NCBI GenBank assembly: GCA_049724395.1 | Contig: JAUGWO010000046.1 | Span: forward strand, 124,001 to 188,000 | DNA length: 64,000 bases | Direction: 5' to 3' | DNA from: Spongospora subterranea f. sp. subterranea | Taxonomy: Eukaryota | Part shown: positions 1 through 11,650 of the stretch, one piece after another | Position numbering within the stretch: position 1 is the stretch's first letter | Layout of the letters: the number at the start of each line of letters is the position of its first letter | Translations under genes and position numbers: made by a program | The notes under the pieces: generated by a model | The model's database searches: none | Told to the model about the DNA's origin: nothing | The model's input: the letters and a program-made list of their open reading frames with translations, nothing else

Positions 1-64
1 CTATTGCTGTGGTAAAACGCCATTATCAAGCGTTAGTTTAACAGAAATTATGAGTTGAGTTCAT

Positions 65-2656
65 TCAACTGAGGCCTTTAACCCTGGCCATATTCGCCAT
101 TATCCTCTTGTTTCCCTTTCTCTGATAAACAGTGGTTGTAATGCACAGATTTAAATGTATGCCGCACTTCCTTACCTTGTAAGCATTGCGAATTAGGGTT
201 TTTTTGGCGTTGTAATACGATAGTGACTCCGGATCACTGTTCAGAATTCGATCCGCTTCGATTTTCTCAAACTGTTCGCCATCATCCAGAATGTCAATAC
301 TGTCAGAAGCGCGGCGCTGCTCAAACCTATTAGGGAATTAACCAAACGATGAAGCAGCAAGGAACGCCATTACCATTGCAGAAACTGGCTGGCCATGCGT
401 TTTTTGATGAGTTGGCAGTTTTCCTTCAATAACGACAACTCATCTCGGACGCTTTTCCACCGCTCGAAAGCGTTTTGGTATTCGGTTTTCCTCTGTTTTA
501 TGTCTCGAATCATCGTATACTCTTCTTCGTCAATGATTTCTTCGTTCGATAAAGATTCAGGGCTGACTGCAGTCCTCTCGGCCCTGAGCTCGGCCAACCT
601 GGCCGACAATGTGTCTATCTCGCGCTTTGCGGCGTTGACGACGGTACCTGCCACCTTATACTGTTCTCGAGCTTCCCTGATCTTCGCCGTCAAGTCTGAA
701 TACTCGGCATTAGGTGAAGCTCCCTCCGAGGATCGCCACTCTTGAAAGGCAGTTTCCTCGTCCAACAGGACTGGTACATTGGCAGCAGCAGTTTGGACAG
801 GGATAGGGTTGGGTGTTTTCACAGTTCGACGGTCGGGTGAGGCAGCTCGTGACATCATGTCATCCTCTTCAATAACAGGGCGGGCGTCAGATGGTGCGCT
901 TCCGCCAACACTGAATCCGCTCAGATTTTCGACCAATTCTCCAACCAGCGTGGGACCGGCCGAGCTCTTTGACGACATTGTCGTCGGGTTTGGTGTCGTC
1001 TTAAGTGAAGCCGATGCGGCGTCAGTTGAGCTCCCGAGAGATGTCCCCTCCGCAGGTACAGAATGCTGTTTACAAATGATTTTGAATTGGCGGAAGATCT
1101 CGTGAACTTGTTGAAGGCTGACGATGGGCAACTCGGGGATGGTCAACGCTAAATACTGTAAAACTTGCTCGTGAATCTGTTTCTGTTGTTCCGGCGTGAA
1201 ATCTTCATGTGAGACGGGTCCACGGTTGCTGATCATATCATGCTGAAGTTGACGTCAATACTGACTAGGAAACCGTTGTTATCAGTCTGGGTACTACCAT
1301 TGCTAATTCTTGCTTTAACAACGCAATCTGTTTTTCATATTTCTTCAACAGCAGCGTCGGATCCAGATCTATATTGATCGTCGCATCTGTAGTCAACCGC
1401 ATCATGCGTGTCGCGAACTTCAAAGTCGAGATGGTCTCCTCCAAATGACGAGCTGCAGGCCATACGTTGGCGATCAGCCTCGTAATACTGTTCCCACCTA
1501 GACGCTCGGTGTGAGGTTAGAGCAGACAATGGAATAATAAGACAGATACCAAGAGAGTCCCGAAGTACGTGGGTTAACTTTGACGAGCGGAACGGGATAT
1601 GGTCACGATGTCGTGAGCTCAGTGCAATCACAACCTGTTCTAGGAATGATAACGACCGATTGATATAGAGTGCCTCCTGCAAGCACAAACACACATTATT
1701 GAGGCACACGTTTGACGATTGACCGACAAACCTGCAGCGTTTGACCTCGGGAGTCTGTCTTGGCAACACGCTCACTTCCGGCTAAATCGACCAAGTTCAA
1801 TTTCGAAACGATTACTTTCTCAGCAGATTCGATCCTAGAACGGGTCTCTAGATATATTGTGAAGATGGTGTGTGACCTGGACGATGAGGTATTGTTAGCG
1901 TGTTGCCCCATAGAGCGATTGGATTCGCCTTCGAAAAGAAGATTCAGGGCTTGCTCTTCATTAGTCACCTCAGGCTTCTTCAGTCCTTTCACAGACACAT
2001 TGCCGGAGGAGTCTTCGCGAACCGATAGATCCCTGGATTCCTCACATAACAGATCTCGCAACATTTCATTATAAATCTCCATATATGAAACACGGGTCAC
2101 GATTTCGTTCTCTACAAGATTGGTTGAGTTCGAGAGTTAAAACTTTTCATGCAGGCACCTGGGCGGGATGCAATAGCACGAAATATCAGTGAAATTGCTC
2201 TGGATGATATGCCTCTATATTTATAGTCATATGTCCCATTACCTGCGAGAAATTGTTCAGATCAAGCGAGATTTGAAGTTTTTGGTTTTACCCATAGTAA
2301 ATGATTTTCCAGCGCCAGTTTGCCCATAAGCCATTAGCGTCCCATTGTATCCATTTAGAGTCGCCATCACCTGTCGAGTGGTTTTGAAATGGTACACAAA
2401 AACATAATACTGTATTCAATACCATGTCTCGACAACAGATATCAAAGGTCGCTTCTTGGCTTTCACAATGCAGGACCCGATTTACCCGAAACGTCCAGTC
2501 TTGGAGAAGGTTATTGAGACCTGTGTTTGGGGTACCACCATTTTTGTCCATATGAATGGAGACAGATCCGGCTTTCGGATCAATTTTGATTGCATCATGG
2601 GCAAAATCGGCGATGGGACGCGTCCGTACAAAGACTTGAATAGCTGTTTTCACCAT
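65..2656 (-). CDS. KIF9: Kinesin-9 family motor (KIF9/KLP1-like), multi-exon
   Basis: Motor motifs IQVFVRTRP, GYNGTLMAYGQTGAGKS (P-loop), VSYMEIYNE, NNTSSSRSHTIF, LVDLAGSER, HIPFRSSKLTHVLRDSLG. Coiled-coil tail ends in DDGEQFEKIEADR, typical of KIF9/KIF6. Short GT-AG introns join the ORF pieces; last exon 121-65 inferred. Confidence 0.85.
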
Positions 2657-2942
2657 TTTAGTTGCGAATGGACTATGAACGCTGCTTGAAGACAACCCGC
2701 TAACAAGATCGCGGTTTGTACGATCTGGATCGGTACACTTCGGCTTACACCAGAGCGCGATAGTCGCAGATGCGAGATACTCAAACTGTTTTATGTTGTA
2801 CCAGAACGGCGACGACTCGAACTCAGTAGATATAGATTTATCAGTATACAGACATAAAACTAAGGAAGATGGCTCTGAGTTTCATGAGCACTGTCAAGTT
2901 CCTGCAACGACAGCTACAATAGAATAAGCAAGGCTACGAAGA

Positions 2943-4062
2943 CTATAGTTTCATTGTCCTCACCATTCGAGTCCTGAAATTGATAGCGACCGATGACTCA
3001 AGTCCCATAGCTCTGATTCCAATAGAGAACGTTTCTTTCGCTTGTTCATGGCGAATGCGATCCTCACCTGGGGAATTTTGATGGGTTAAAAGAACGTCAA
3101 AATAGGAAAGCCTTCCTCTATCGATAAGATCAACGACAGATCGGTTTAATCTCCTTTGACTAGAAGTCGATGCATCAATGCCATGAATACCGTCCTCAGA
3201 TAGAGGCATGTTATCAGGATTGTCATGTTGAAACACTTTCACTAATTTTATGCTCGGGTGTTTCACATTATTGAGCCCATTCCAAAGAAACGAAGGGACA
3301 ACGTCTAAAAGACGCTGAGAACGCGCGGCAATGTGGATAAAATGTGATGAATCCATGATTACCTGGAACGATGATATCACCATCGTAGTCGTCTAGAAAC
3401 TGTGTTTCTACATTGGCAAGTAAAAAAAACTGACAAAAAACTGTGCCGGATTTACCTTCAACGATCATCTCTCCGCCAAAATCAAACCTAAGGTGAGGTT
3501 ATCAACCATAACAATTTGCGAAAACAGCAACCTGCAAAATTCATGTATAATTGCTGGGCGAACCCAATTTTGAAGTTTTCTAAAACAAGCCACTATAATT
3601 CCTATAAATCGGTTAAATCATGAGATTGTTGCAGCAACACTCCTGTGTACCGGTTACATGAACACCGTCCAGGCAATGGATGTAGCAAGGCAACGAATCT
3701 GGATCGATGAGGACCTATAAAATATGTTCAGCAAAAAGCAGTCGTCAAGGCAAGTGGGCTCTTACTTGAAGAATAGCGGAAACCTGAGCTTTATTGATTG
3801 ACACAGACTCTTTGTACTTGGACACTGGAAAATGATGTGACGTGATGCCAATATTCGAACAAAATCCTAGCAAATCTGAGGTCGGTTTCTCTGGGACCAG
3901 GCTAACAATGGACTTCAGCAATTGGAGGGAGAGAAATCGGAAATTCCTGAGTGTTGGATACGCGCCGCGTAGCAGGCCGTCCTCTATGATTGCAAACCGG
4001 AATGGCGGAATTAACGCAAGCGATGGATCATAATCGAGCAATGAAGGTCGAGAGCCTATCAT
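2943..4062 (-). CDS. PFA-DSP/Oca-Siw14 family (Oca6-like) tyrosine phosphatase-like protein, multi-exon
   Basis: LIPPFRFAIIEDGLLRGAYPTLRNFRFL..IVSLVPE N-terminus; YIHCLDGVHVT active-site loop; ACFRKLQNW..IIHEF downstream. Confidence 0.8.
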
Positions 4063-4399
4063 TATGGACGATCGTCGATAATAGATCTGAAATGGTGAAA
4101 CCCTGAGAGCACTGCCGTTATCGGTTACGAGTCTGTCCGTAATGTAATGTGAAATGTGTAGCCCGTTCGTGGTACGGGTATAGGGTACGTACGGTACGGT
4201 ACAGGGCCTGTACCGTACTGGTTACCGGCAGGGTGATGAAAGTACAGTACCTAGCGGACATCTTAATTCTGTACTTTGTTTCAATCTCAAATCTGATAAT
4301 TGCGCGCGGAAAATTGAAAAATTGTTGCATGCGCAGAGGAATCTTGCGATGACCGCGGTACTGTTTGACTGCAAACTCAATTTGGTTGTGATTAAGGGA

Positions 4400-4685
4400 A
4401 TAGAAATGTTTTGGGGTGCAGCCAAAGCGTTTTCAAGAGCTCGATGCACATTTCGCTTTGACGAATTAGTTGAACTGGTTCCAGAAGCCCTCAAAAGTGT
4501 TTCTATAGGCAAAATTAGCCGGACGCGGTAAGCGTCCATGTACCGATAGGATTTACGAGCGAACACCTAATTTTGCCTATAGAAACACTTTTGACGGCTT
4601 CAGGAACCAGTTCAACTAATTCGTCAAATCGAAATGTGCATCGAGCTCTTGAAAACGCTTTGGCTGCACCTCAAAACATTTCTAT
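4400..4685. repeat. Inverted repeat (fold-back): arms 4400-4518 and 4567-4685, 48-nt spacer
   Basis: atagaaatgttttggggtgcagcc...ggcaaaattag is the near-exact reverse complement of ctaattttgcc...cctcaaaacatttctat, with only a few mismatches. Confidence 0.95.
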
Positions 4686-5400
4686 GAAATTAAACTCACA
4701 GTGATACTTCGGATAGAAATCGACGAATAATCCCTGGTTAATTACAGTTTCTTGCAGCCATTCCAATCTGGCTTTTAAAGTCTGGTTGCTCCTTCAACAG
4801 GTTTTTGGCTTCTTGGACTGAATCTCCAATTCAACACGCTTGAGGCCCTTCGAGAGTCCATTCTCAGTCGTCATGGTCTGTTCGATGCGCTCTCCGCAGC
4901 TGTTGATGCACCATCCAGACCGCATGATCTGGCATTTCGCCCTCCATCGCTCATATTCATCTTGCTTACAAAGCGTCTGGAGCAATTGCATGATGGTTTT
5001 GCGAATTGTCAAACATGAAGATTCCATCTCACAACCAGGATGCAGAAACTGGAATATGGGTATTGCCTTTTCTTTCAACTGCTGAACAAGGTCGCAGTTT
5101 CTCCATCAACCTTCAGCGTTTGCTCCAGGTTTCAAGAAAACAGTCGAATCCTGAGGGATTTCAGGGCTTGTTGGCTATCGCAGGAGACCATGGCATTCAC
5201 AAAGAAATGCTAATATCAGGCTTCTTCCGTTACCTTTAGGACGAATCTCCCTCTTGTCTTCGTTTATTCAAACAAAAGAACGTCCATCATTTAATCCAAA
5301 ACAGGATTCATCATGAGTCACCAACACCAGAGGCCGTTCTCCTTCATTAAGTTTCGGGGCGACCTCATTTTCCATGAAGTCTCCTTCGTATGACGTCATT
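4525..5400 (-). mobile_element. Degenerate IS630/Tc1/mariner-like DDE transposase
   Basis: Frameshifted motifs [50 protein letters not shown] and FARKSYRYMDAYR give a D-D-E triad; in-frame stops present. Confidence 0.8.
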
Positions 5401-5799
5401 CGTCTTTCATATGAAAGCATTGAATTCCATATTCCTCACGCTCCAGCAGTGCTTGAAATCAATTATTGAAAAAATGAAGGTGGGATTGCGTACAAGATTC
5501 CCCCACAAGGGAAAGGACCGATTGGAGCGCGCAGCCATGCTTCCTATATCGATTTGCTGCGACTTTGAAGTTGTCAAAAGAATGCAAGAAACACTAGGTA
5601 TGTGAATGAATGCATTCTGTACGTTTTCAATAACCGTAACAATTAAAATGGGACAAGGTCAGACCACAGAATCTACAAATATTGCGGGACAGAGGGAGTA
5701 ATAATTGCGCAACGGCGCAATGTCCTGCAACAGTTTTGAAAAACGAAACGGCGACTGGTTCAGATTACTGAGAACGCCAATTTGCCGTGTCGTTTATTT

Positions 5800-6330
5800 G
5801 TTGTATTCATAAGGGGATGCGCCTATTAACCACGGACTTTTCTCCCTCACAAAAATTACAGAATTAAGGTGTCCGCTACTGTACTGTAGCTTTAGAGAAA
5901 CACATTCTTCCCAAAGTACCAAAAGAACATAAGGCATTTTTATACAGGCGATATCGCGATGATATTCTTAACGTTGTAGATTCTCTGAAAAGTGCTAACG
6001 CCATTACAGACCACCTAAATGGGGCCAACATGTTAACATTCAACATGGAACAATTTGGTGATAAAGTAAACTTTTTGGATATAACCATATCCCTGGGCGA
6101 AAAGTTCAGCATCAAACGACACTTGGATATCAAACCATTCAGAAAACCAACCGCGAATAACTTATTCACACACTACGCGACGTAATATAAACCAGAGACC
6201 ACTAAACTAGCTGGATCACTGGAGAACAAATACGTATGCTGAGAGCTTGTCAAACTGAAAAAACATTTCGGTCAGCTATGCTCGAAGTTCGGAAAAGGAA
6301 GCCGTATTTTGGAAATCAACCAAATTCGAA
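5800..6330 (+). mobile_element. Penelope-like retroelement reverse transcriptase remnant
   Basis: YRRYRDDIL, KVNFLDITISL, KPFRKPTANNLF, WITGEQIRMLRAC match PLE RT domains 5-7 and thumb; broken by stops and frameshifts. Confidence 0.7.
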
Positions 6331-6428
6331 GTGAGGTCGAATATAGCCTCAGGAGATAAAGGGACATCAACAAACGCTTGCATGCGATCAAGAAATATAG
6401 TTGACAAAAGAGTAGTAGGCAGTAAACC

Positions 6429-6595
6429 TGTGAAAATAGTTACTGGCGAGTGCTGCCGCCCGATCGACAGTGACCAGGCGGAATAGCGACGAAGGGAGAG
6501 GAGATGAGGAAAAGAGAGAGGAAAAAGAAGTTGTGTTTATTAGAGCGGAAAAGAGTGCCCATGGTTACAGGACAGGGGGGTCGATTAGTACCACA
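6429..6595 (-). repeat. 3' LTR of Ty3/Gypsy element A (~167 bp)
   Basis: On the minus strand a PPT (aaagaggggaa) is followed by TGTGG...TTCACA, with an internal AATAAA. Confidence 0.7.
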
Positions 6596-7684
6596 TTCCC
6601 CTCTTTAAATCAGGCCCTGGAGAAGTTCGGCAGAAAGTGGCTCCCTGGGACGTGCTTGTAAAAAGGATTTTCACAAGTTGAGGAACATCCGAAGCAATCG
6701 AATAAAAAAACTCCCAAGTGAAATCAGCTGGCTCAAAACCCTGCCAACCGATCAACAGTTCGATTTCCCCCGATACCAGCGTTGCACCTCAAATCGCAAA
6801 TGGAGGAGACTTTATATGTAGCACCTGCGATGCGATTGTGTGAAGAAGCGGCGTTGTGTCGTTGAGGGTCTTGTCGTGGTATGCATTGCCGAGATGTCCG
6901 AAGTAATCAATTTTTTTACCATGACCACGTGCGGGTTGACCACGTCAACAATTTGTGCTGGACCGAACCAGTTAACACAGGATTTTCTACTCTGACTCGG
7001 TGAAGAGTCGAGCACATAATCACCTGTAGTAAAATTAATGTCGACGGTGGATCTGTGATTTCGACGAGAACGGTGCTTCTGTGCGCGTTGTCTGAGTACG
7101 CGATCAGCCACTTCCTTGTGCATGGAATCCAGGGCGCCAGAAAGATCGACTGTGATCTCATTGATTCGCTGTGGAGCTATAGGAACACTAACAATGGTGT
7201 CACTGTGAGGAAGGAAAATTGACGACAAAAAACAAAAAGGTTGCAAGCATGTGAAAATGGTGACCGGAGAGAAACCGATCTTGGGACGAACACGATGGTT
7301 GAGGATCATATTGACGAGAGGAAGAATATAAGGCCAATTGCCATCGAAAGGAAGGCTGAACTCCGACAATAGTTTCTTTAAAGCGGATAAAATATGTCCC
7401 ATTGGCCATGGATAGGCGGTAGTAAAGTGTCGAGCGATATGTAGACGAGAACCCAATTCATGTTCTTGAAGTTTGATCCCTAATCTCAAACGTGTTGGTA
7501 CACTATCCCGAACTGTTTAAACCAGTCGATGAGGGCGAATACCACTGTGAAATGATCAGCGTGTTCGCAGGCGATCAATTTAACAAAACCGCTGAAATCA
7601 TCCTTCAAAACAAGCACATATGAAAATGGGTGTTTTGGTTGATACTCGGTTTGGAGATGAATAAAAAATCATAGTGTAGAACAG
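6596..7684 (-). mobile_element. Ty3/Gypsy (chromovirus-like) integrase plus chromodomain remnant, element A
   Basis: LHYDF, YVLVLKDDFSGFVKL, HFTTAYPWP, WPYILPLVNMILNHR..GFSP, WFGPAQIV (GPY/F-like), chromodomain GWQGFEPADFTWE; frameshifted. Confidence 0.85.
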
Positions 7685-7901
7685 TGTTAGGTTTGGATGC
7701 ATGAATAGCTGAACCATACGGTCGGGGCACAATTGCACCACGAACCCGTAAACAGTGAGGCAGTTATGTCATGTTCGAGAGAGGGAGAGGTTGATATTGG
7801 CAATATAAGGAACCCGTGATGCTTAACTAGACGTTGTCCGTTGAGTCGTTTATTGATGATATCCAATGACGCATGAACCATATCAAGCACCGCTCATAAC
7901 A
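7685..7901 (-). repeat. 3' LTR of Ty3/Gypsy element B (~217 bp), nested in element A
   Basis: PPT aagacgggggatac precedes TGTTA...TAACA on the minus strand; AATAAA inside; abuts the integrase of element A at 7684. Confidence 0.75.
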
Positions 7902-8330
7902 GTATCCCCCGTCTTGGGCGGGCTGCATTCGGGTGAGTGCGATAAAACTTTGCAATGGACTCCCTTAAGGGGACCGTAGCAGATGCGACAAGGGATGTTG
8001 AAGGTTCCCAAGAACGGTCAGATATATCGTCACCCTTTCCAATCAACCAAATAATAATGTTGACCACGTACTACCCTAGACGCGATGATGTCCTCAACTT
8101 CATGTTGTGAATCATCCAATGCAAAAGGTGGAGAATTCGGTTGTTTGCGACCTGGCAACTTATTGGCGCCATGTGGTTCCAGCAATGACGAATGGAAAAC
8201 CCGGTGCAAACGGAAATTGTTTGAAAAGTCCAACTCATAGGCGACAGGGTTAATAATCCTACTGTTGGGAAAAGGACCTAATCTTTTTACGTCAGCACTA
8301 CCCATGTTCAAGAACTGAGCGACCTGTTCA
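7902..8330 (-). mobile_element. Ty3/Gypsy (Tf2-like) integrase C-terminus plus chromodomain remnant, element B
   Basis: LGPF..IINPVAYELDF..FRLHRVFHSSLLEP, then HEVEDIIASRVVRGQHYYLVDWKG chromodomain. Confidence 0.85.
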
Positions 8331-8399
8331 TGGAACTTCTGGCAGCGGTTCACGAAAGCCTCAGCCTCGTTCTTCTCAGTTGTGCGACAGGCGTCAAGT

Positions 8400-9600
8400 T
8401 ACGCATCGGCTTCATTGTCGGATAGCGATGACGGTAGCGTCCTGGAAGACTCGCAAGAGCCATACAGGAAAACACTTTGGCGCAAAATAAGAAATGACAC
8501 TTCGTGATTTCTCGCCCGATTCGACAATTATCCCCAAAAAAATTTTTCAACAAAAAGTGATACCCAGTCTTCATCGCAAGGGCGTGTTCGTCTTACAGGT
8601 GCTTCGATGCTCGTACAGGCGATTAATGACAGACCTGATAACTCGATGTAGGCCGCTCTCACGAGTAGCAATTTCGAACAGCCGATACTCGTCGGATAAG
8701 GCGTATTCAGCAATCTACAGAACCCATAATGTGTTTGTATTGTAGTTTGTGACGAATCGGAGGGAGGTGAGAGATTGGCGGAGCCCAGTCCGTAACTTGT
8801 CTTGTCGCCGGTGGCGAGGGGCGTCCAACGCCAGCGAGAATGTCGAGCGGGAATCGCAGCGTTGGCTCTATGGGCTGGTTGACGGAATCGTCAGTCCAAC
8901 CTCGTCAAGCACGCCCAATTCCTGTGGATCAGGCGTCAGTCGTCAATTTGAAGGCGACCTTATATGCCACCGAACAAGAGATGAAATCAGGGACGAACGA
9001 GCTTAGGAAAAAGACTCCTGGTCTGACGATATCTGCCAAAACAGCTGCCAGAGATCAGCAGGCAGCGAAACAGGTTCGCAATGTGTTCTTATTTAAACCC
9101 ATTTCTAATAGCATTTAGGAAGCGTTGGAAGCCGAAGAAAGGATCAATCGAATGAACGTCAAGGTGGCGCTATACCAGAAACTGGTCAATCTAGGTGGCG
9201 CTGATTCAAATTCATTAATCGATTTTGAAAAAAAAGGTTGGGAGTCGGAAGCAGGTTTTGTACCTGCAGGTGCGGATGATGGAGATGGCGTCACGGCTCC
9301 ACCGTTGTCCGCTCCAGCTGACCAAGCTGAAGTACTGGACAGGTTTCGAAAGACGCTAACCCATGTGGAGAAGCAAATGGTAAAAGAGGTTGAGGCAGAA
9401 ACCGAACTTGCAAGGCAACGGTTTACCGACATGCAGAAGAAGCGCCAGCACGAAATAGAGAAAAGGAAAGAAATGCTAAAAAGAGAGGAAACTCGGACAA
9501 GTAAGCAATGCGCCTTCCACATAACGCAACAAAACGAACTATTAAATATTTATTTATTATTTTCGACAATGAGTCGTGATCAAACAGTTCAAGTATAACA
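8400..9600 (+). pseudogene. Unidentified hypothetical gene or pseudogene with coiled-coil C-terminal part
   Basis: ORFs 8840-9118 and 9125-9598 are separated by an intron-like gt...ttag; the upstream frame has in-frame stops. No family recognised. Confidence 0.35.
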
Positions 9601-10194
9601 CGAACCTCAAATAATCGTCAAGCCCATTAAGCTCTTTTTGTGTTTTGGTAAATTTAAGAAGTAACAACTACATGCGAGTTTATGTCTTTCAATCGCCTAG
9701 AAAATAGTGCAAGTTCGGCTGATGCAGCGATTACCAACATTAGCGGGGACACGGCAGCATTATCATTTGCCCCATGAGTCGAATCAGTCGGATTTGGAGA
9801 TCAATTATCCTGTCAAGTTCATTATTAAAAAGACCCATTATTCAATTAACCCACGGCCGCGATGGACATTTTGCATGGTGAGATTAAACCTTGGTCAACA
9901 AAATCCACCCCTTGTGAATCATGCATCAAGGTCAAAATGAACTGAGACCTTTCCGTCTTAGCACAATTACACTTGTTCGTCCAGGTAATTATGCTGGACC
10001 AAACAGCCTTTTGACATTATGAAAATGTTGAAATTTGCAAGAATTCTCGCAAACGATTGTCCCTCAGTTTGTGACAATTTGCTTTGGCCCAACCGCTTGC
10101 ATCAGGTGGGGAGGCAGTTTGAATAGTTGGGAGACCAGATCGTATGCAGTGTTGTTGGGAGAAACAGTGTTAAAGCGCAGTATGGCCAACATGA

Positions 10195-10690
10195 AGGCAA
10201 TCAGAAATGCCTCAACTATCGTCGCTGAAACTGATGCTAGTAATAAGTGTGTTGGCGCCTTAGTATAGCGCCATGACCGTCTTGATTAAACCGAATCCTT
10301 TTCAGAACCTAATCTGCATACACGCACTGAAGAATTCAAAAGATAGACCGCGTTCAGCCGTGGACAACCCTTGGTGTAATGGAACTTGAGCAGTTGTCTA
10401 TTACAACGATGACCTCAATGCTACTGATTGAAGGCACCGCCAAAACCAAGATTCCGATCCCGACAAGCTGAACTGGTGAAGAACGGCAATGCAAAATAGG
10501 CTTCTTCGTTCAGTAACATCGGGGAAATCTTTGTCAAAAACATCCGTTCAAATTCCATCGTATCAAAGGCTGTCGCAGCACCACTGACCCGAGTATCAAG
10601 ATTGCAGATGACGACAGCAGAGGTCAATTGATCGAAAATCGGCAATAGAATGGCTTGAAAAAACGGCCTTCATCAACATTGTGTCTGGTC
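10195..10690 (+). mobile_element. Highly degenerate Ty3/Gypsy RNase H and RT fragments
   Basis: TIVAETDASNKCVGALV (RNase H TDAS motif); ELVKNGNAK*ASSFSNIGEIFVKN and EW..KTAF resemble RT domains 1-3. Confidence 0.4.
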
Positions 10691-11171
10691 TTACAGCGGG
10701 TCGAACCCAATACTATCACACATGTCAAAATGCCCGTCTAACACCCGATTGATATTGATCGTAATGCGTCGAAACTCTGCCGACAAGCAGGATTTGAGTG
10801 TGATCTGCGGCTTTACAACATCAAGAACAGTTGTCTGTCGTTCAAGAGCAGAGGAGCGTTTCTAATGCAATCGAGAATTACCGACCGAAAGCATGTTTGC
10901 CCGAACCGTTAACCCGTGCCTGGTTCGAGGGTTTTTGAACCAAATCTTCTGAGTAATTCAACAACAGCCGAGCACGTCCGGAACAGAAACATCAAAGGTG
11001 CTGTTGAGCGGGAATCTGCTAACGGGATTGACCGTTTACCCCATTGTTCGAGACGACACAGGACCCGACTGTGTAACAGGAAAGTGCGTGGTGGCGATAT
11101 GGCGCAATCCCGTCGGGTTAATATCGGTAATCTACCAGTCCAATAGCGGTCATCTCTGTTATTCCTCAATT

Positions 11172-11536
11172 ATGGCTTACACTGAACCAAAACATGAACG
11201 CCCTGGGCGCCTGAAAAGATATGCCTATACTGCCGCGTATGGGTTTGGCGTAGGTAAGATTACGGAAAACGGGTTGAGGTGATGATGCCAGATGGGGTAA
11301 TGGTCTGGGGTCTTTAGGGGCGGCGCTTGGCAGCACGATCGGTATCCTGTTCGGAGGTCTTTCCGTCCTTGGACCTGGTAATAAGGGGAAGCGGTTGCAA
11401 GTAATGGCCAAAACCTGTGCACAGTCGGCCGCAATGTTCGGCACATTTCTGGCAGCTGGGTTAGTCTGCCCTGACACTGTATTGAACGGCCAGCTCAATA
11501 CGATTTTCTGACAGGTCTGTTCTGCGTGGTAATTAA
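11172..11536 (+). CDS. ROMO1: Romo1/Mgr2 mitochondrial inner-membrane protein (3 exons)
   Basis: Exons 11172-11253, 11318-11459 and 11515-11536 splice to ..AYGFGVGAALGSTIGILFGGLSVLGPG..QSAAMFGTFLAAGSVLRGN, the Romo1 family pattern. Confidence 0.85.
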
Positions 11537-11650
11537 GTCCACGACCTTGTTCACAATTAATACATATAGCCGACAGTTAAATAAATGACACTATTCAACA
11601 GGACGTTGCGAAGTTTGTTCATATCCTCGATGACGTATTCTGATGTTGAA

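Noticed and set aside
4118..10700. Fanzor/TnpB nuclease associated with the TE island
   Set aside because: No RuvC motifs (DPG, ExxTS..CxxC, RDxNAA) were found in the ORFs or frames I read.
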